Positions 29,015 to 39,542 of a DNA stretch of 64,000 nt are shown here, one piece after another (positions within the stretch are counted from its first letter, which is position 1; each line of letters begins with the position of its first letter). A program made the position numbers and the translations under genes. The notes beneath the pieces were generated by a model. The model worked only from the letters and a program-made list of their open reading frames with translations, searched no databases and was not told the origin of the DNA. The DNA comes from Phycisphaerales bacterium (GTDB lineage Bacteria; Planctomycetota; Phycisphaerae; Phycisphaerales; UBA1924), in NCBI GenBank assembly GCA_965227775.1, contig OZ245777.1:2208001-2272000 (forward strand), read 5' to 3'.

Positions 29015-30518
29015 GCGTCTTGCTCCCAGTTAGCCGAGGCAGAAAAGACTCCAGAAAGTACACGAGTTGTGATCGCAGTGTTGGCTGAACCAGGACTGTG
29101 GCTCCAAACGCCAACAAGAAAATCGATCCGCCGACGCCCGGAACGTAGCCCTCCCCTAACCACCCTGCTGACCAGAGCGTGCCGAACGCAAGCGTGAGCC
29201 CGGGGATTGCCAGGACGAAGACGGCTCCCGTGTGCCTGTACAGGAAGGCTTGGTCGATCGGCCCGCGCCTTGCGATCATGCCATACAGCAGTGGAATGAG
29301 GAACACGTATCGGAGGCTAAATGCGATAGCAAGGCCGACAGGACCCCACCATACGGCGATCGCTGCGGCGAGGATCTTGGCAAGCGCATCAATCGCTTGC
29401 CATTTGAGCATCTCGCTACCTCGCCCCTGAGACACGAAGATCCAGCCGGTACTGTTCCAGAGGGGCAAGAGCAGGCTGCCCACGCAGAACCAGCGGAAGA
29501 TCGGCACCGCCCCCGTCCACTGATCGCCAAGCACCAGTAAAACAATCGAATCCGCCTCGAGCAAGAGCACGCAGGCGATGGGCGTCGTGATTAGCGTCAG
29601 GCCCGTCAGGAGCCGGTCATACGTCCTCCGGTAGCGCGTGGGCTCGTCCACCGCACCGCTCAGCGCAGGCAAGGCAACCTCGGCAAAGGCCGGCGCGACG
29701 CGCTCGAGCGGGAGCGTCGCCAGCGCGAGCGCCTTGTTGTACAGGCCCGTCGCCGCCGTGTTGAAGAACCCGAGCAGGGCGCGGTCGGCGTTCGCGCCCA
29801 ACTGGTTGGCGGCTCCCGAGAACGCCAGCGTTATGCCGAATCGCAGGAGTGGCAAGACTTCCGAGGCCGGCGCCGGTCGGCTCGGCATCCATCTGGACAG
29901 AATGACTGAGCCGGCTGTCTTTCCAGTATTAAGCGTGAGATGCATAATCGCCAGCGAGAGAACCCCCGCGCCGAACAAGGCTGCCAGAATGCCCGCCAAG
30001 ATCGATGCGACAAGCGAGATGACCTCGATTCCGGCAAGGCTGCCGAGACGCAGTCGACGGTGCAGGATGCCATTGAACTGCACGCCCAAAGAGCCAACGA
30101 AGAACGATACTCCCAACACGACCATCACTTGCAGCAACTCGGATTCGCCATAGGAGACCGCGAGTACAGGCCCGAGGGCCAGGGTCAGCAGGCCAAGCAG
30201 CAGGCCAAGGCCGGAGTTGACAAGCAGGAGCCCGGTCGCCTGGCCGTTTGTAAGCGTCTTGGCCTGCACGTTGGCGATTCGCAGGCCCGCGTCTCGGAAC
30301 TTGGCCAGCACCATGGTGAATGCAGTTGCAATCGCGAAGATGCCGAATTGCTCAGGTTCGAGTAGCCGCGCAAGCACCGCCGTCGAGACGATGTGTAGCC
30401 CAAAGCGCGCTCCCTGTGATAGCAACGAGATCGCCCCGCCACGGCTTGCATCACGGCGCAGTGTCGACCGATCGGAACGCTCGATCAACTGATCGCGGCG
30501 GGTTGTAGGCTCGGACAC
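29007..30518 (-). CDS. Wzx-type polysaccharide flippase (PST family)
   Basis: LARLLEPEQFG, NADRALLG, GLYNKA, LVLGDQW; many TM segments. Confidence 0.9.
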   Translation of the reverse strand: MSEPTTRRDQLIERSDRSTLRRDASRGGAISLLSQGARFGLHIVSTAVLARLLEPEQFGIFAIATAFTMVLAKFRDAGLRIANVQAKTLTNGQATGLLLVNSGLGLLLGLLTLALGPVLAVSYGESELLQVMVVLGVSFFVGSLGVQFNGILHRRLRLGSLAGIEVISLVASILAGILAALFGAGVLSLAIMHLTLNTGKTAGSVILSRWMPSRPAPASEVLPLLRFGITLAFSGAANQLGANADRALLGFFNTAATGLYNKALALATLPLERVAPAFAEVALPALSGAVDEPTRYRRTYDRLLTGLTLITTPIACVLLLEADSIVLLVLGDQWTGAVPIFRWFCVGSLLLPLWNSTGWIFVSQGRGSEMLKWQAIDALAKILAAAIAVWWGPVGLAIAFSLRYVFLIPLLYGMIARRGPIDQAFLYRHTGAVFVLAIPGLTLAFGTLWSAGWLGEGYVPGVGGSIFLLAFGATVLVQPTLRSQLVYFLESFLPRLTGSKTRA

Positions 30519-30528
30519 TGATTTCCCC

Positions 30529-31968
30529 TCAACGCACCTTTCGGCGATCGTCCAGCATCTTCTTCAATGGGCGCAGACGCTCCTTTAACCCTCGTGGCAG
30601 TGCCCGACGGAGCGGGCTTCTGGCCTTCGTAAACGGCACTTGTAGCAGTTCTGGCCACAGCTGCTTGATGACTGCAGCATGCAGCCTGCCGCCCTCAAGG
30701 AGTGAGTCCGGAGCAAACGCGGCTGCCATGGCAATGTTTCGCGAGGTAAAGGGGGAGTAGGGGTCGTAGTACAGAGTTGATGCCAACTCCGCAGGGCCCA
30801 TCCATCGAGGTGCTCGCTGCTCGAGATACATAAGCGTGCGCTGGAGCTGGGGCGGGAAGTCGCTCACCGAGTGCAGCCAAGCTTCCACGCCACGAACGAC
30901 GAGCGGCGGTGGATGGTCAAAGTCCGTGAGCAACTCTGACAACCGAATCCTCTGCGATCGTGGCCCGAAACGCGCACCGTAGAAGTTCTTTAGCAGGACG
31001 CCAAGCCCGCCATTGATGTGAATGGCCGGTCCATCGGCGACCAATGCGCACCCACCGACGATCTCTTGTCGCGCCCCGAACGCTTGGTACGCACACTGGA
31101 GGTTGTATGCCTCAACTTGAGCCGATAGTGGTATGGGACAGTCGATGATTCTCAATCCCACGTCGCCAATGAGAGCCACGCGCATAGCGAGTTCCACATC
31201 CGAGCGTGACACACTTGGATTGCGAAGCGTGAAGTACGCCATTCGGTCGCGCACCTGGCGGGCGGCGGCCAGATTCGCCCGGCTGTCGTACCCACCAGTG
31301 ACCGACACGTGCAGCGAACGCTCGTCGTGTACCAAGGACTCCATCGCCGTTCGAAGGTCCGTGGAGATCCTCTCGATCGCGTTCGAACGACCTGTTTCAT
31401 CAACGACCGTCGGCCAGAAACGCCTCACCTGCCAATTAGACGTGTCGAGAACGTGGTTGGCCGGTACCACTTCGATGTCCGTGAAGATGGTGTAGGGGCT
31501 CGGGATCCAATTGTTGGATGGCCGTGCCCCGAACCACGCACTCGTCCGAGGATCCCGCTGTGTGGCACTGAGGAGTGAAGGCGTGGAGGCGACGAGCTTC
31601 TTGTCAGGATCGTGATACACACCGAGGATCGAGGCGGGATCGGTATAGACGCTGCACGACGAATCAGACCAAACGAACACCACATAGCACCCAACAATGT
31701 CCTCGAGTGCTCGTTCGAGAGCATCACGGTCTACCAGCCCTGCAAGGCGTTGTGCAATGTTGTGGAGAGTTGCCGCTGGATCTGAGGCGTCGCTTGCGAC
31801 TCCACAGACGGCCACTGTGCGTTGGTCGTTAGCCTCTACAGACACGACCAATTGGTCATTCGCATACAGCACCCATTGATGCTGTTCGTGGACGCGAATG
31901 GCATCGTCGGGGACGAGCGCGTCGGACGGTTGGAGTAGCCACTGTCGTGGAAGGCGTCCGAGCACCAC
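30529..31968 (-). CDS. Second asparagine synthase-like protein
   Basis: YTDPASILGVY, PP-loop SVTGGYDSR, SPFTSR, LWPELL; no N-terminal Cys. Confidence 0.7.
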   Translation of the reverse strand: MVLGRLPRQWLLQPSDALVPDDAIRVHEQHQWVLYANDQLVVSVEANDQRTVAVCGVASDASDPAATLHNIAQRLAGLVDRDALERALEDIVGCYVVFVWSDSSCSVYTDPASILGVYHDPDKKLVASTPSLLSATQRDPRTSAWFGARPSNNWIPSPYTIFTDIEVVPANHVLDTSNWQVRRFWPTVVDETGRSNAIERISTDLRTAMESLVHDERSLHVSVTGGYDSRANLAAARQVRDRMAYFTLRNPSVSRSDVELAMRVALIGDVGLRIIDCPIPLSAQVEAYNLQCAYQAFGARQEIVGGCALVADGPAIHINGGLGVLLKNFYGARFGPRSQRIRLSELLTDFDHPPPLVVRGVEAWLHSVSDFPPQLQRTLMYLEQRAPRWMGPAELASTLYYDPYSPFTSRNIAMAAAFAPDSLLEGGRLHAAVIKQLWPELLQVPFTKARSPLRRALPRGLKERLRPLKKMLDDRRKVR

Positions 31969-31979
31969 GTTCTTTCCGT

Positions 31980-33905
31980 TCAGCCGCCGAGCGGGCGGTC
32001 GCTACCGATCGGAATGATGGTCACGCCCTCAAGCGGTGTTGGATTGGGGAGCCACGACGGGTCGCCATACCAATCGTTGTTTTCCATGAGGACGTTGTGG
32101 GGAGTGAATTTCCACTCCGGGATGCTCACACGATCGTTGAGACGATAATTCCACGATTCATCGCCTCTCCACACGTTGTCCTTGATCAGCATGTGATTCG
32201 TCTGGCCGCCTAGGTAGAGCAGCTGATTGCCATCGGTTGTCTTGTTGGTCCGGCACCGAACAATGGCGACGTCTGTGTGTTCCCAGTAGTCAATCGTGCC
32301 ATTGCGGAAAGCCCAGGCCTTTTGGCGAGTCGTGATATCTAGGCCAAAGTAGATCCGGTTATCGTGCTCGATTGGGTTGGCAATTACGCCGGCGTGCCAT
32401 CCAAGGTGAGCAGGAGGCTCGCCCTGGTTGTCAACGACAGTATTCACCAGCATATATGCCTTATGAAACGTGTCTTCGCCGACGCGAGAGAAGTTCGAAT
32501 TTCGAACAAAGTTTTCTGCTTGTCCCCAACGTACTTCTGTGACCGAGCTATCCGTCCAAAAGGAGTGCTTGGCCTTCAGCTTGTTCGAGTCAACCCACAT
32601 GCCCGGTCCAGTGTAGTCGACTCCGTCAAACCACATGATGCTTCGAGTTGATCCGCGGACGTGTGCGTCGGTGCCAATCTGAATTAGGTCAACGTCCCTG
32701 ATGCGAACGAATTGTGGCTGGTCACGCCACAGTCCGGGCACCAGCGTCACACTGGCCCCAGCTTCCGGTTGGATCACCAGCCAGCGATCGTCAGGGAGGT
32801 CGCCTGCAACGCCGGGGAAGTCGCCCCACTCATAAATGCCCTCGGGCAACTCGACCACGACTTCGCCCGAAGTCCCGCCGGCGTTGGCGTGCAAGAACAT
32901 CGAGTGCTCGCCGGTCCACTGTGGTCCGAGGTATTCGTTTTCCCAGTCCATCTCGCCGCCGAGCACTCGGGGGATGCCGACAGTGGGGTAGACGATCGCG
33001 CGAACCTCGATGGGGCGGTCACCATCGAAGAGCGATGCGTCGAGCTTCACCCAGTACTCTTCGACCTGAGTCCTTGGGTTAAGTGTCATGGTGCGAACGG
33101 TTTCCCAGTCGCCTCCATCCACGCTGAACTCAACGCGATCGATACCCCGCATGTGGAACGCGACGACGCCGATCTCAAAGACGTCGTCAAATGTTTGGTA
33201 TGGTACAACGTCCCAGCGCGCGATCGCCTTGGCATCGTGTCCGAGCATGCTCGCGTCACCGATGGCCGGAGGCTGCGAGGTCGGGCCGCGAAACCCAGTT
33301 CCGGGTTCGAGAACCGGGGTCTCAACCGGATCGCCCGATGATCCGCCCGCTTCTGGAGCATCGCCAATCGTCGTCGCGACCGCGCTCGGACCCGAGATCA
33401 ATCCAGGGATCGCCGAGCGGACAAGGCCGCCGCTCGGTCCACCCTCTGCTGGGGCGAGCGAGCCGCTCGGAAGGTCGACCACGATCCGGCCAAGCCGAGG
33501 GTGGCTGACAGTCACGCCGCCGCGGGGAGCGGTGGAAGGGCCCGAGGTGAGCTGGCGCACGATCTCGATCTGAGCGGTGCGTATCTCGCGCAGTTCCTCT
33601 TCTGTGTAGCGACGGCTGCCTGCAGCTTTAGGAATTGCCGTCGAGCGGCTGGATGTCCGCGAGACTTGGCTCGGGCCAGCGATGTGGAAGCGGGGGATCG
33701 CCTGACCTGCCGCACGCAGTGCCCGAACGTCCCGTTGGAAGGAAGCCCGGACGCGGTACTTCGGCTTGGCTTCCTCAGCGGATTCCTTCGAGGCGTCCTT
33801 GCTCTTGTCCTCTGCCTTTTCTTGGGCGGCCAAGGCACTCGCGGGCAGCGCAAAAACGGACGCAGCCAGAAGAATGGCCGAAACGGAACGGCGGCGATCG
33901 AGCAT
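31980..33905 (-). CDS. Secreted protein with low-complexity N-term, Ig-like domain and probable beta-helix C-term
   Basis: GGAGG RBS, signal peptide ...ALA-AQ, IDRVEFSVDGG, beta-strand-rich C-half; first gene of the polysaccharide operon. Confidence 0.7.
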   Translation of the reverse strand: MLDRRRSVSAILLAASVFALPASALAAQEKAEDKSKDASKESAEEAKPKYRVRASFQRDVRALRAAGQAIPRFHIAGPSQVSRTSSRSTAIPKAAGSRRYTEEELREIRTAQIEIVRQLTSGPSTAPRGGVTVSHPRLGRIVVDLPSGSLAPAEGGPSGGLVRSAIPGLISGPSAVATTIGDAPEAGGSSGDPVETPVLEPGTGFRGPTSQPPAIGDASMLGHDAKAIARWDVVPYQTFDDVFEIGVVAFHMRGIDRVEFSVDGGDWETVRTMTLNPRTQVEEYWVKLDASLFDGDRPIEVRAIVYPTVGIPRVLGGEMDWENEYLGPQWTGEHSMFLHANAGGTSGEVVVELPEGIYEWGDFPGVAGDLPDDRWLVIQPEAGASVTLVPGLWRDQPQFVRIRDVDLIQIGTDAHVRGSTRSIMWFDGVDYTGPGMWVDSNKLKAKHSFWTDSSVTEVRWGQAENFVRNSNFSRVGEDTFHKAYMLVNTVVDNQGEPPAHLGWHAGVIANPIEHDNRIYFGLDITTRQKAWAFRNGTIDYWEHTDVAIVRCRTNKTTDGNQLLYLGGQTNHMLIKDNVWRGDESWNYRLNDRVSIPEWKFTPHNVLMENNDWYGDPSWLPNPTPLEGVTIIPIGSDRPLGG

Positions 33906-34308
33906 CGTGTCCTCCAACGCCCTACACCCGGACGCACCACCACCATCCATTCCGATCGCCCACGAGTCTCGGCTGCTTGCCCTGCTTGATCGGCTTTTCG
34001 GCCTTGCCCAAACAGAACAATGCGACGAATCTCTCCAAACCGATGGGGTGCTGCTGCCTTGTTTGGTGTAGGTTCTAAATCAGCCCTGGACGCAATGCTC
34101 GGGGTCCTGGGCGTGAACGAGCTCCGACATCCGTGCCGGCGCCGGGCGAGGGAGCGGTCTCAGCGGTGAGGCGTCCCATTCGCAAGGGGCAACAGTAACC
34201 GCAAAATGCCGAGACGAACTCGCAATTCGATCAGGTAGTTCCCTAGTTTGGTGCGTAGCCACACCCAATCGGTTGGAAGCACTCGGTCGGCTGGGGACCT
34301 AAATGCTG

Positions 34309-35415
34309 CTACAGCAGAGGGTTCTTCGACCCGTGCACGTAGTCCCGGATGGGGCTCAGATTTGGTTGCGGGTAGACGAAGACATCCGAGTACAGCTCAG
34401 CATCGACATCGGGAGCTTCGGCTGACTCTGCAAACTCGACCGCGTCCTTCACCTTGTCGCGGATCTCGCCGCGCATGTCCTTCCACGAGTCCTCGTCGAT
34501 AGCTCCACGATCGTTCATCAGGTGATCGAGTAGGGCCGCGATCGAGTCCTTGCCCTTGTACTCGTCAACCTCGTCCTTGGTCCGGTACTTCTGCGGGTCG
34601 CTCATCGAGTGGCCCTGATACCGGTAGGTCAAGAGATCAACGAACGCCGGCTCCTGTTGCTCGCGGCACCTGTCGACGACGGGTTTGAACTGGTCGTACA
34701 CGTCGCGGATGTCGAGCCCGTCGATCTGAACCGAATGGATGCCGTAGCTCTTGCCGCGTGAGATCAGGTTCTCGTGGTTGGCGGTGTGCCGACCGATTGC
34801 CGTGCCCATTGAGTAGCCGTTGTTTTCGATGATGTAGATGACGGGCAGGCCAAACAGCGACGAGAGATTGAGCGCCTCGTGGAACGCGCCCTGGTCGACT
34901 GCGCCATCACCTAAGTAGCACAGGCACACCTTCTTGGAACCCGTGCCGAGGACTTCCCATTCGTAGCGGGTGGCGAACGCGAGCCCTGCGCCCAACGGAG
35001 TCTGGGCACCAACGATTCCGTGCCCACCGTAGAGGTGGTTCGGCTTGTCGAACATGTGCATCGAGCCGCCCTTGCCCTTCGCGCATCCGTCGATCTTGCC
35101 GTACATCTCGGCCATGCAGACGCGGGGCGTCATTCCGCGAGCCAGGGCGTGGCCGTGGTCGCGGTAGGCGGTGATCACCGGGTCGTCCGGGTTGGTGCAC
35201 GCGATGGTGCCGACGGCGCAGGCTTCCTGGCCAGAATAGATGTGGCAGAAGCCACCGATCTTGGCCTGCTGGTACGCCTGCTGCGTGCGCGTCTCGAACT
35301 CGCGGATGAGCTGCATCGACCGCAGCCACCCCAGCAGCGTTTCGTTGTCCAGCGAATCGCAGAGGCGTGATCCGGCGGACGAGGCGTTGGCGCTGTTTGT
35401 GGTGGCTTGGGCCAT
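34309..35415 (-). CDS. pdhA: Pyruvate dehydrogenase E1 alpha subunit
   Basis: GFCHIYSGQEA, YRDHG, GKGGSMH, GDGA, TYRYQGHSMSDP. Confidence 0.95.
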   Translation of the reverse strand: MAQATTNSANASSAGSRLCDSLDNETLLGWLRSMQLIREFETRTQQAYQQAKIGGFCHIYSGQEACAVGTIACTNPDDPVITAYRDHGHALARGMTPRVCMAEMYGKIDGCAKGKGGSMHMFDKPNHLYGGHGIVGAQTPLGAGLAFATRYEWEVLGTGSKKVCLCYLGDGAVDQGAFHEALNLSSLFGLPVIYIIENNGYSMGTAIGRHTANHENLISRGKSYGIHSVQIDGLDIRDVYDQFKPVVDRCREQQEPAFVDLLTYRYQGHSMSDPQKYRTKDEVDEYKGKDSIAALLDHLMNDRGAIDEDSWKDMRGEIRDKVKDAVEFAESAEAPDVDAELYSDVFVYPQPNLSPIRDYVHGSKNPLL

Positions 35416-35559
35416 AGTCGTTCGAGGCTCCCCGTGGCGACGCCCGGCTGGCAGCAGCGGGGGCGTGTCAGGATTCGGATTCCGGCAGGGCGCGCGCACA
35501 GCCGGCACGCCCAAGTCTAACGCGCCGGCCACGCCAAGTCGCCCGGATTGCGGCCAGAC

Positions 35560-37893
35560 TCAGGGAGTCCTGCGATCAGCCTCGTCGGGCAGCATCGCCG
35601 CTGCGCCGGCGGTCGGACGCGTCTGGGACTGCAGCAGCACCAGCGCCGCGTTGAGTTGGAGGTCCATGGCCTCATCGATCAACCGCGAGGGGTCTGGCCG
35701 GTCCTCAATGGCCGGCGGGTTGCCGTCCTCATCGAGTACCAGCACGTCCGCCTCCTGGCGGAGGATCAGGCTGTCGGCCACCTGGTCGGGCAGCATGGAA
35801 ACCGAGAGGTCAGGCACGACGCCGTGCTCGATCTTGCCGGGCACGCGGTGGATCATCCGCCCGCCAGGCAGCACGTAGTACTGCGTGGTGAGCTTCATGA
35901 GGGCCCGGGGAGCCGACCGGCGGTTTGGATCGATCGGCAGCACGTTCTGCACGCTGCCCTTGCCGAAGCTCGTCTGCCCGAGCACGACGGCCCTTGCCGC
36001 CGACTGCTCGGCGTAATCCTGGATGGCGCCGGCGACGATCTCGCTGGCCGACGCGCTGCCCTCGTTGATCAGCACGACCACGGGGATGTTGGGCAGGAAC
36101 GAGTTGCGGCGCTGCAGACGCTCTGGCGGCATGCCGGTGCCGTCAGTCCGCTCATTACGGGTCGAGACGACCACCTGCCCGAACGCCTGGCGGCTCTTCG
36201 TGTAGTCCACGAAACGGCTGGTGATCTCGACCGCCTGGTCGAGCAGGCCGCCGCGGTTGAAACGCAGGTCCAGGATGAGGCCCTGGACGCCCTGGTCCTC
36301 CATCTCAGCCAATGCCTTGTCGAAGTCGGCCGTGGTATTCTCCGTGAAGCCCGTCAGGCGGACGTACCCGATGCCGTAGATCGGGTCGATCATCCAGTCC
36401 CAGTTGTCCTCGACGGCGTCGACGCGCTCCCAGCCCTTGACGGTCTTGAGCTCGACGGTGTCGCGAACGATCGTGAAGGTAATCTCCTCCTCGGCCTCTT
36501 CTTCGCCGCGGCGGACGGTGATGTCCACGGGCGTGCCCTTGGGGCCGGTGATCTTGTCGACGGCCTGGTTGAGCGAGATGCCGAAGGTCTTCTCACCGTT
36601 CACTGCGATGATGACGTCCTCGGCACGCACGCCGGCACGCTGCGCGGGCGTGCCATCCAAGGGCGTGACGACCTGGATTTCACGCTTCGTGTTCATCTGG
36701 ATCGAAACACCGATGCCGCTGAAGTTGCCGCGCGTGCTGCGCTCGAACTGGCGGACGTCGTAGGGCCAGATGATCTCGGTGTACTCATCGAGGGCCCGCA
36801 TGGCACCATCGCCAAACACACGGAGCACGAGCGTCTCGGGCAGACGAACGGTCTGGCGGTTCCAGGTCTGCACGGAGCGGACGACATCCTGCAGCGTCCG
36901 ATCGGTCGCCATCGGGGCACGTTCGACGTCGGCGGCGCGTGACGCGACTGCCTCGATGAACCGCGAGCGTGCCTGCTCGTCGGCGAGCTGCGGATACTGG
37001 CCGTACAGGTCCTCGGTCTCGGCGAGCAAGCGCAGGCCGTTCAAGCCCGACACGAGCAGGTCCTTCATCGCCGAGCCGGAGACATGGTGCCGGTCGGCGT
37101 TAACCATGGCGTACAAGAGCATCAGAGGCTCGATGTCCTCCAGACGCTCGTCGACGGAGTTGCCGGCTGGGTTGTAAGGGGGCAACTCCTCCTCACCCGT
37201 TTCCACGAGCCGCAGACTGCGCAGCTCGTGGTTGCGTTCGGGGGCGTACGTCGCCACGAGCGACAGACGCTTGAGCTGCCGCTTGCGATCGCTCAGGTAG
37301 GTGCCCTCGTCTTCGTAAAGCGCGTGCAGACGCTCGAACATCTCGGCCGCGGCGTACCAACGACCGTCCTTCTCGGCAAGCCGAGCTTCGGCATCGGCCG
37401 CCGATACGAGCTGCGTCACGGCCTCTTCGCGAAGCACGCCTTCCTTGTCGTCGGCCAGCATGTGCAGCGCGATCGCGGCGCTCATGCCTTCGAGCAGGGC
37501 CTCCTCGCGTTCGCGTGGCTCGGGCTCGTCTGCAAGCGTCTCGAGCGTGGTGCGCACCGTTTCGCGATGCTCTTCGACCTTCTCGTGCCGCGCCACGGTG
37601 TGCTCATCGAGCGCGATGCCCAAAGCCTCGGCCATATCGGCGAGCATCGGATCGCGCAGGTCGTCCGATGCGGTCAGCAGCAACTTCTGGAATTCGGCGC
37701 GATCGCCGCGTGAGGCAGCGTCCCATAGGCCGTCCGACCACGCGGTGATTGTCTTCGTTGGGGTTGCCTGGGCTTGCTCTGCAGCCGTGTTCTGCTGAGC
37801 AAGGGTGGTGGGCGACGCGACCGTCGCGCCAAGGGCGGCCAGCAATGCTGCCGCGGTGGTGAAGACGCGCGTGCTCGTTCCGGTCTGTCGCAT
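35560..37893 (-). CDS. S41 carboxyl-terminal processing protease with long N-terminal helical extension
   Basis: Signal peptide, FSGIG PDZ, LDLRFNRGGLL, SASASEI, SFGKGSVQ. Confidence 0.92.
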   Translation of the reverse strand: MRQTGTSTRVFTTAAALLAALGATVASPTTLAQQNTAAEQAQATPTKTITAWSDGLWDAASRGDRAEFQKLLLTASDDLRDPMLADMAEALGIALDEHTVARHEKVEEHRETVRTTLETLADEPEPREREEALLEGMSAAIALHMLADDKEGVLREEAVTQLVSAADAEARLAEKDGRWYAAAEMFERLHALYEDEGTYLSDRKRQLKRLSLVATYAPERNHELRSLRLVETGEEELPPYNPAGNSVDERLEDIEPLMLLYAMVNADRHHVSGSAMKDLLVSGLNGLRLLAETEDLYGQYPQLADEQARSRFIEAVASRAADVERAPMATDRTLQDVVRSVQTWNRQTVRLPETLVLRVFGDGAMRALDEYTEIIWPYDVRQFERSTRGNFSGIGVSIQMNTKREIQVVTPLDGTPAQRAGVRAEDVIIAVNGEKTFGISLNQAVDKITGPKGTPVDITVRRGEEEAEEEITFTIVRDTVELKTVKGWERVDAVEDNWDWMIDPIYGIGYVRLTGFTENTTADFDKALAEMEDQGVQGLILDLRFNRGGLLDQAVEITSRFVDYTKSRQAFGQVVVSTRNERTDGTGMPPERLQRRNSFLPNIPVVVLINEGSASASEIVAGAIQDYAEQSAARAVVLGQTSFGKGSVQNVLPIDPNRRSAPRALMKLTTQYYVLPGGRMIHRVPGKIEHGVVPDLSVSMLPDQVADSLILRQEADVLVLDEDGNPPAIEDRPDPSRLIDEAMDLQLNAALVLLQSQTRPTAGAAAMLPDEADRRTP

Positions 37894-38102
37894 GATGCCT
37901 CCTGACGCCTTTGGCCCACGACCCCTCCAGGATCGTGCCGCAAGATCGGGCCGAAAGCCATCGCATCGGCTCGATGGACCCTCATGGCTTGCGATCTCGC
38001 CCAGCTACAAGGATCGTCGGGGATGGTTGTACCGTCACCCGTCCTGAGTTATTCGCAACCGAGCCCGCTGGCGTTCACCACCCAGGGTTAAAGATATCGG
38101 AA

Positions 38103-39371
38103 CTAGTGGAATCCCGAATTGCCGTCATCAGCTCCACCCGCATCTTGCCGCCCCGACGCGAGGGCCCACGCAACCGACCCAAATCCCAGAACCACCACGA
38201 ATGAGCCTGCGATCGCCAGTAGCAGCAGGCTCGGGCTGGCGGCAAGCGGGCCATTGGGCTGCGCGAAGCCGTAGGCCATCAGGCCCACAAGCGGACCGCC
38301 CAGGTAGCCGAGCCCAATGAACGCTTCGTGCTTGCCGCCTGCGTCGATCTCAGCGTCGCCGACTTCCATGGCATAGTACAGGGCACCGGTGTAGATCATG
38401 CCGACGCCGAATCCGAGCACGGCCAGACCGCCAAACACCAGCACCCGGGCGGGCGCGAGCGACTCGATGTTCGGGCCGATCGTGATGCCCGCGAAGCCCG
38501 CGAGGAGCAAGACGGCCGCGATGATCGGCATCGCCCACCGTCCGTGCCAGCCGTGCCACCGCGCGAGCAGGACGAACGTCGCCACCCGCGTCGCGAGCCA
38601 GATGGCCGCCGCGGGCGCACGCCAGGGGTCCTCGATCGCCACGCTCGCGATCAAGAAGGGCGAGGCTGGTTCGAGCACCGCGACCACGAGGAAGCTCGTG
38701 GGCAGTTGCACGCGAAACACCGAGAGCAGTTTCTTGTACCTGCCGGGACGGGTCGGATGGGCATCGGGCAGGCTGCGCGCGGGCTCAGCTCCCATCCAGA
38801 TCGTGAGCAAGGCGCAGACCACGTAGACCGGGAGCATCGCCGCAAGCGCCTCGAGCGGATGGGGCCTGACAAACGGCCCGAGCGCCGCGAGCGACACCAC
38901 GATGCAGCCGCCCCAGGTGATGTTGAACAGGCCCGTCGCGTGTCGCAGGTTCTGGCCGCGACGCCCGCCGCTCAGGTAGCTCTCAACGATGGGCCACGTC
39001 GCGCCGCTGAGCAGCCCCTGGGCGGCCATCATGAGCCAGATGGCCCACGCTCCCAGGCTGCCCTCTTCGGCCGAGGGCCTGGTAAGTAGCGGCAGCGCTG
39101 CAAGGAGTCCAAGCACAATGCTGATGCCTGCCAGCAGGCGGCCGCTGGTCAGCCACGTGTGCCGCGCGGCGAAGCGGCGCAACGCCGGCCCGACGCCGAG
39201 CGCCCCGGGGATGTACACCGCACCGTACAGCAGCGCGAGCAAGAAGATCTCGGTCTCGCCGTAGCCGTACGCGCTCTGTGCGAGGAATGGCACGCCCGCG
39301 GTCGCGACCGCCGTGCCCACGCTACCGGCAAAGGTAAACGACAGCACTGCCCACAGCGGGGCAGGCAGCAT
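38103..39371 (-). CDS. MFS-type membrane transporter
   Basis: About 12 TM segments, ESYLSGGRRG, GGKHEAFIGLGY; alternative start 39434. Confidence 0.8.
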   Translation of the reverse strand: MLPAPLWAVLSFTFAGSVGTAVATAGVPFLAQSAYGYGETEIFLLALLYGAVYIPGALGVGPALRRFAARHTWLTSGRLLAGISIVLGLLAALPLLTRPSAEEGSLGAWAIWLMMAAQGLLSGATWPIVESYLSGGRRGQNLRHATGLFNITWGGCIVVSLAALGPFVRPHPLEALAAMLPVYVVCALLTIWMGAEPARSLPDAHPTRPGRYKKLLSVFRVQLPTSFLVVAVLEPASPFLIASVAIEDPWRAPAAAIWLATRVATFVLLARWHGWHGRWAMPIIAAVLLLAGFAGITIGPNIESLAPARVLVFGGLAVLGFGVGMIYTGALYYAMEVGDAEIDAGGKHEAFIGLGYLGGPLVGLMAYGFAQPNGPLAASPSLLLLAIAGSFVVVLGFGSVAWALASGRQDAGGADDGNSGFH

Positions 39372-39468
39372 GGCGGGCTGCTGGGCCCGCGGGCTTTGGT
39401 CGGCCTTGCTTGCCACCACGAGTGTCCTTACCATGAGCCCGTCGGTCGACGCCGGTGTCGGCCACTTC

Positions 39469-39542
39469 GAGCCCGTAGCTCAACTGGATAGAGCGCTGGC
39501 CTCCGAAGCCAGAGGTTCCGCGTTCGAATCGCGGCGGGCTCG
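39469..39542 (+). tRNA. tRNA-Arg(CCG)
   Basis: GAGCCCG/CGGGCTC acceptor, TAGCTCAACTGGATAGAGC D-arm, CTGGC-CTCCGAA-GCCAG anticodon arm, GTTCGAATC. Confidence 0.95.

Noticed and set aside
33906..34308. Possible c-di-GMP riboswitch or ops element ahead of the polysaccharide operon
   Set aside because: Only a TGGGACGC fragment matches; the conserved GCAAA/GAAA elements and pairing were not found
35548..36942. 464-aa plus-strand ORF
   Set aside because: Antisense to the S41 protease
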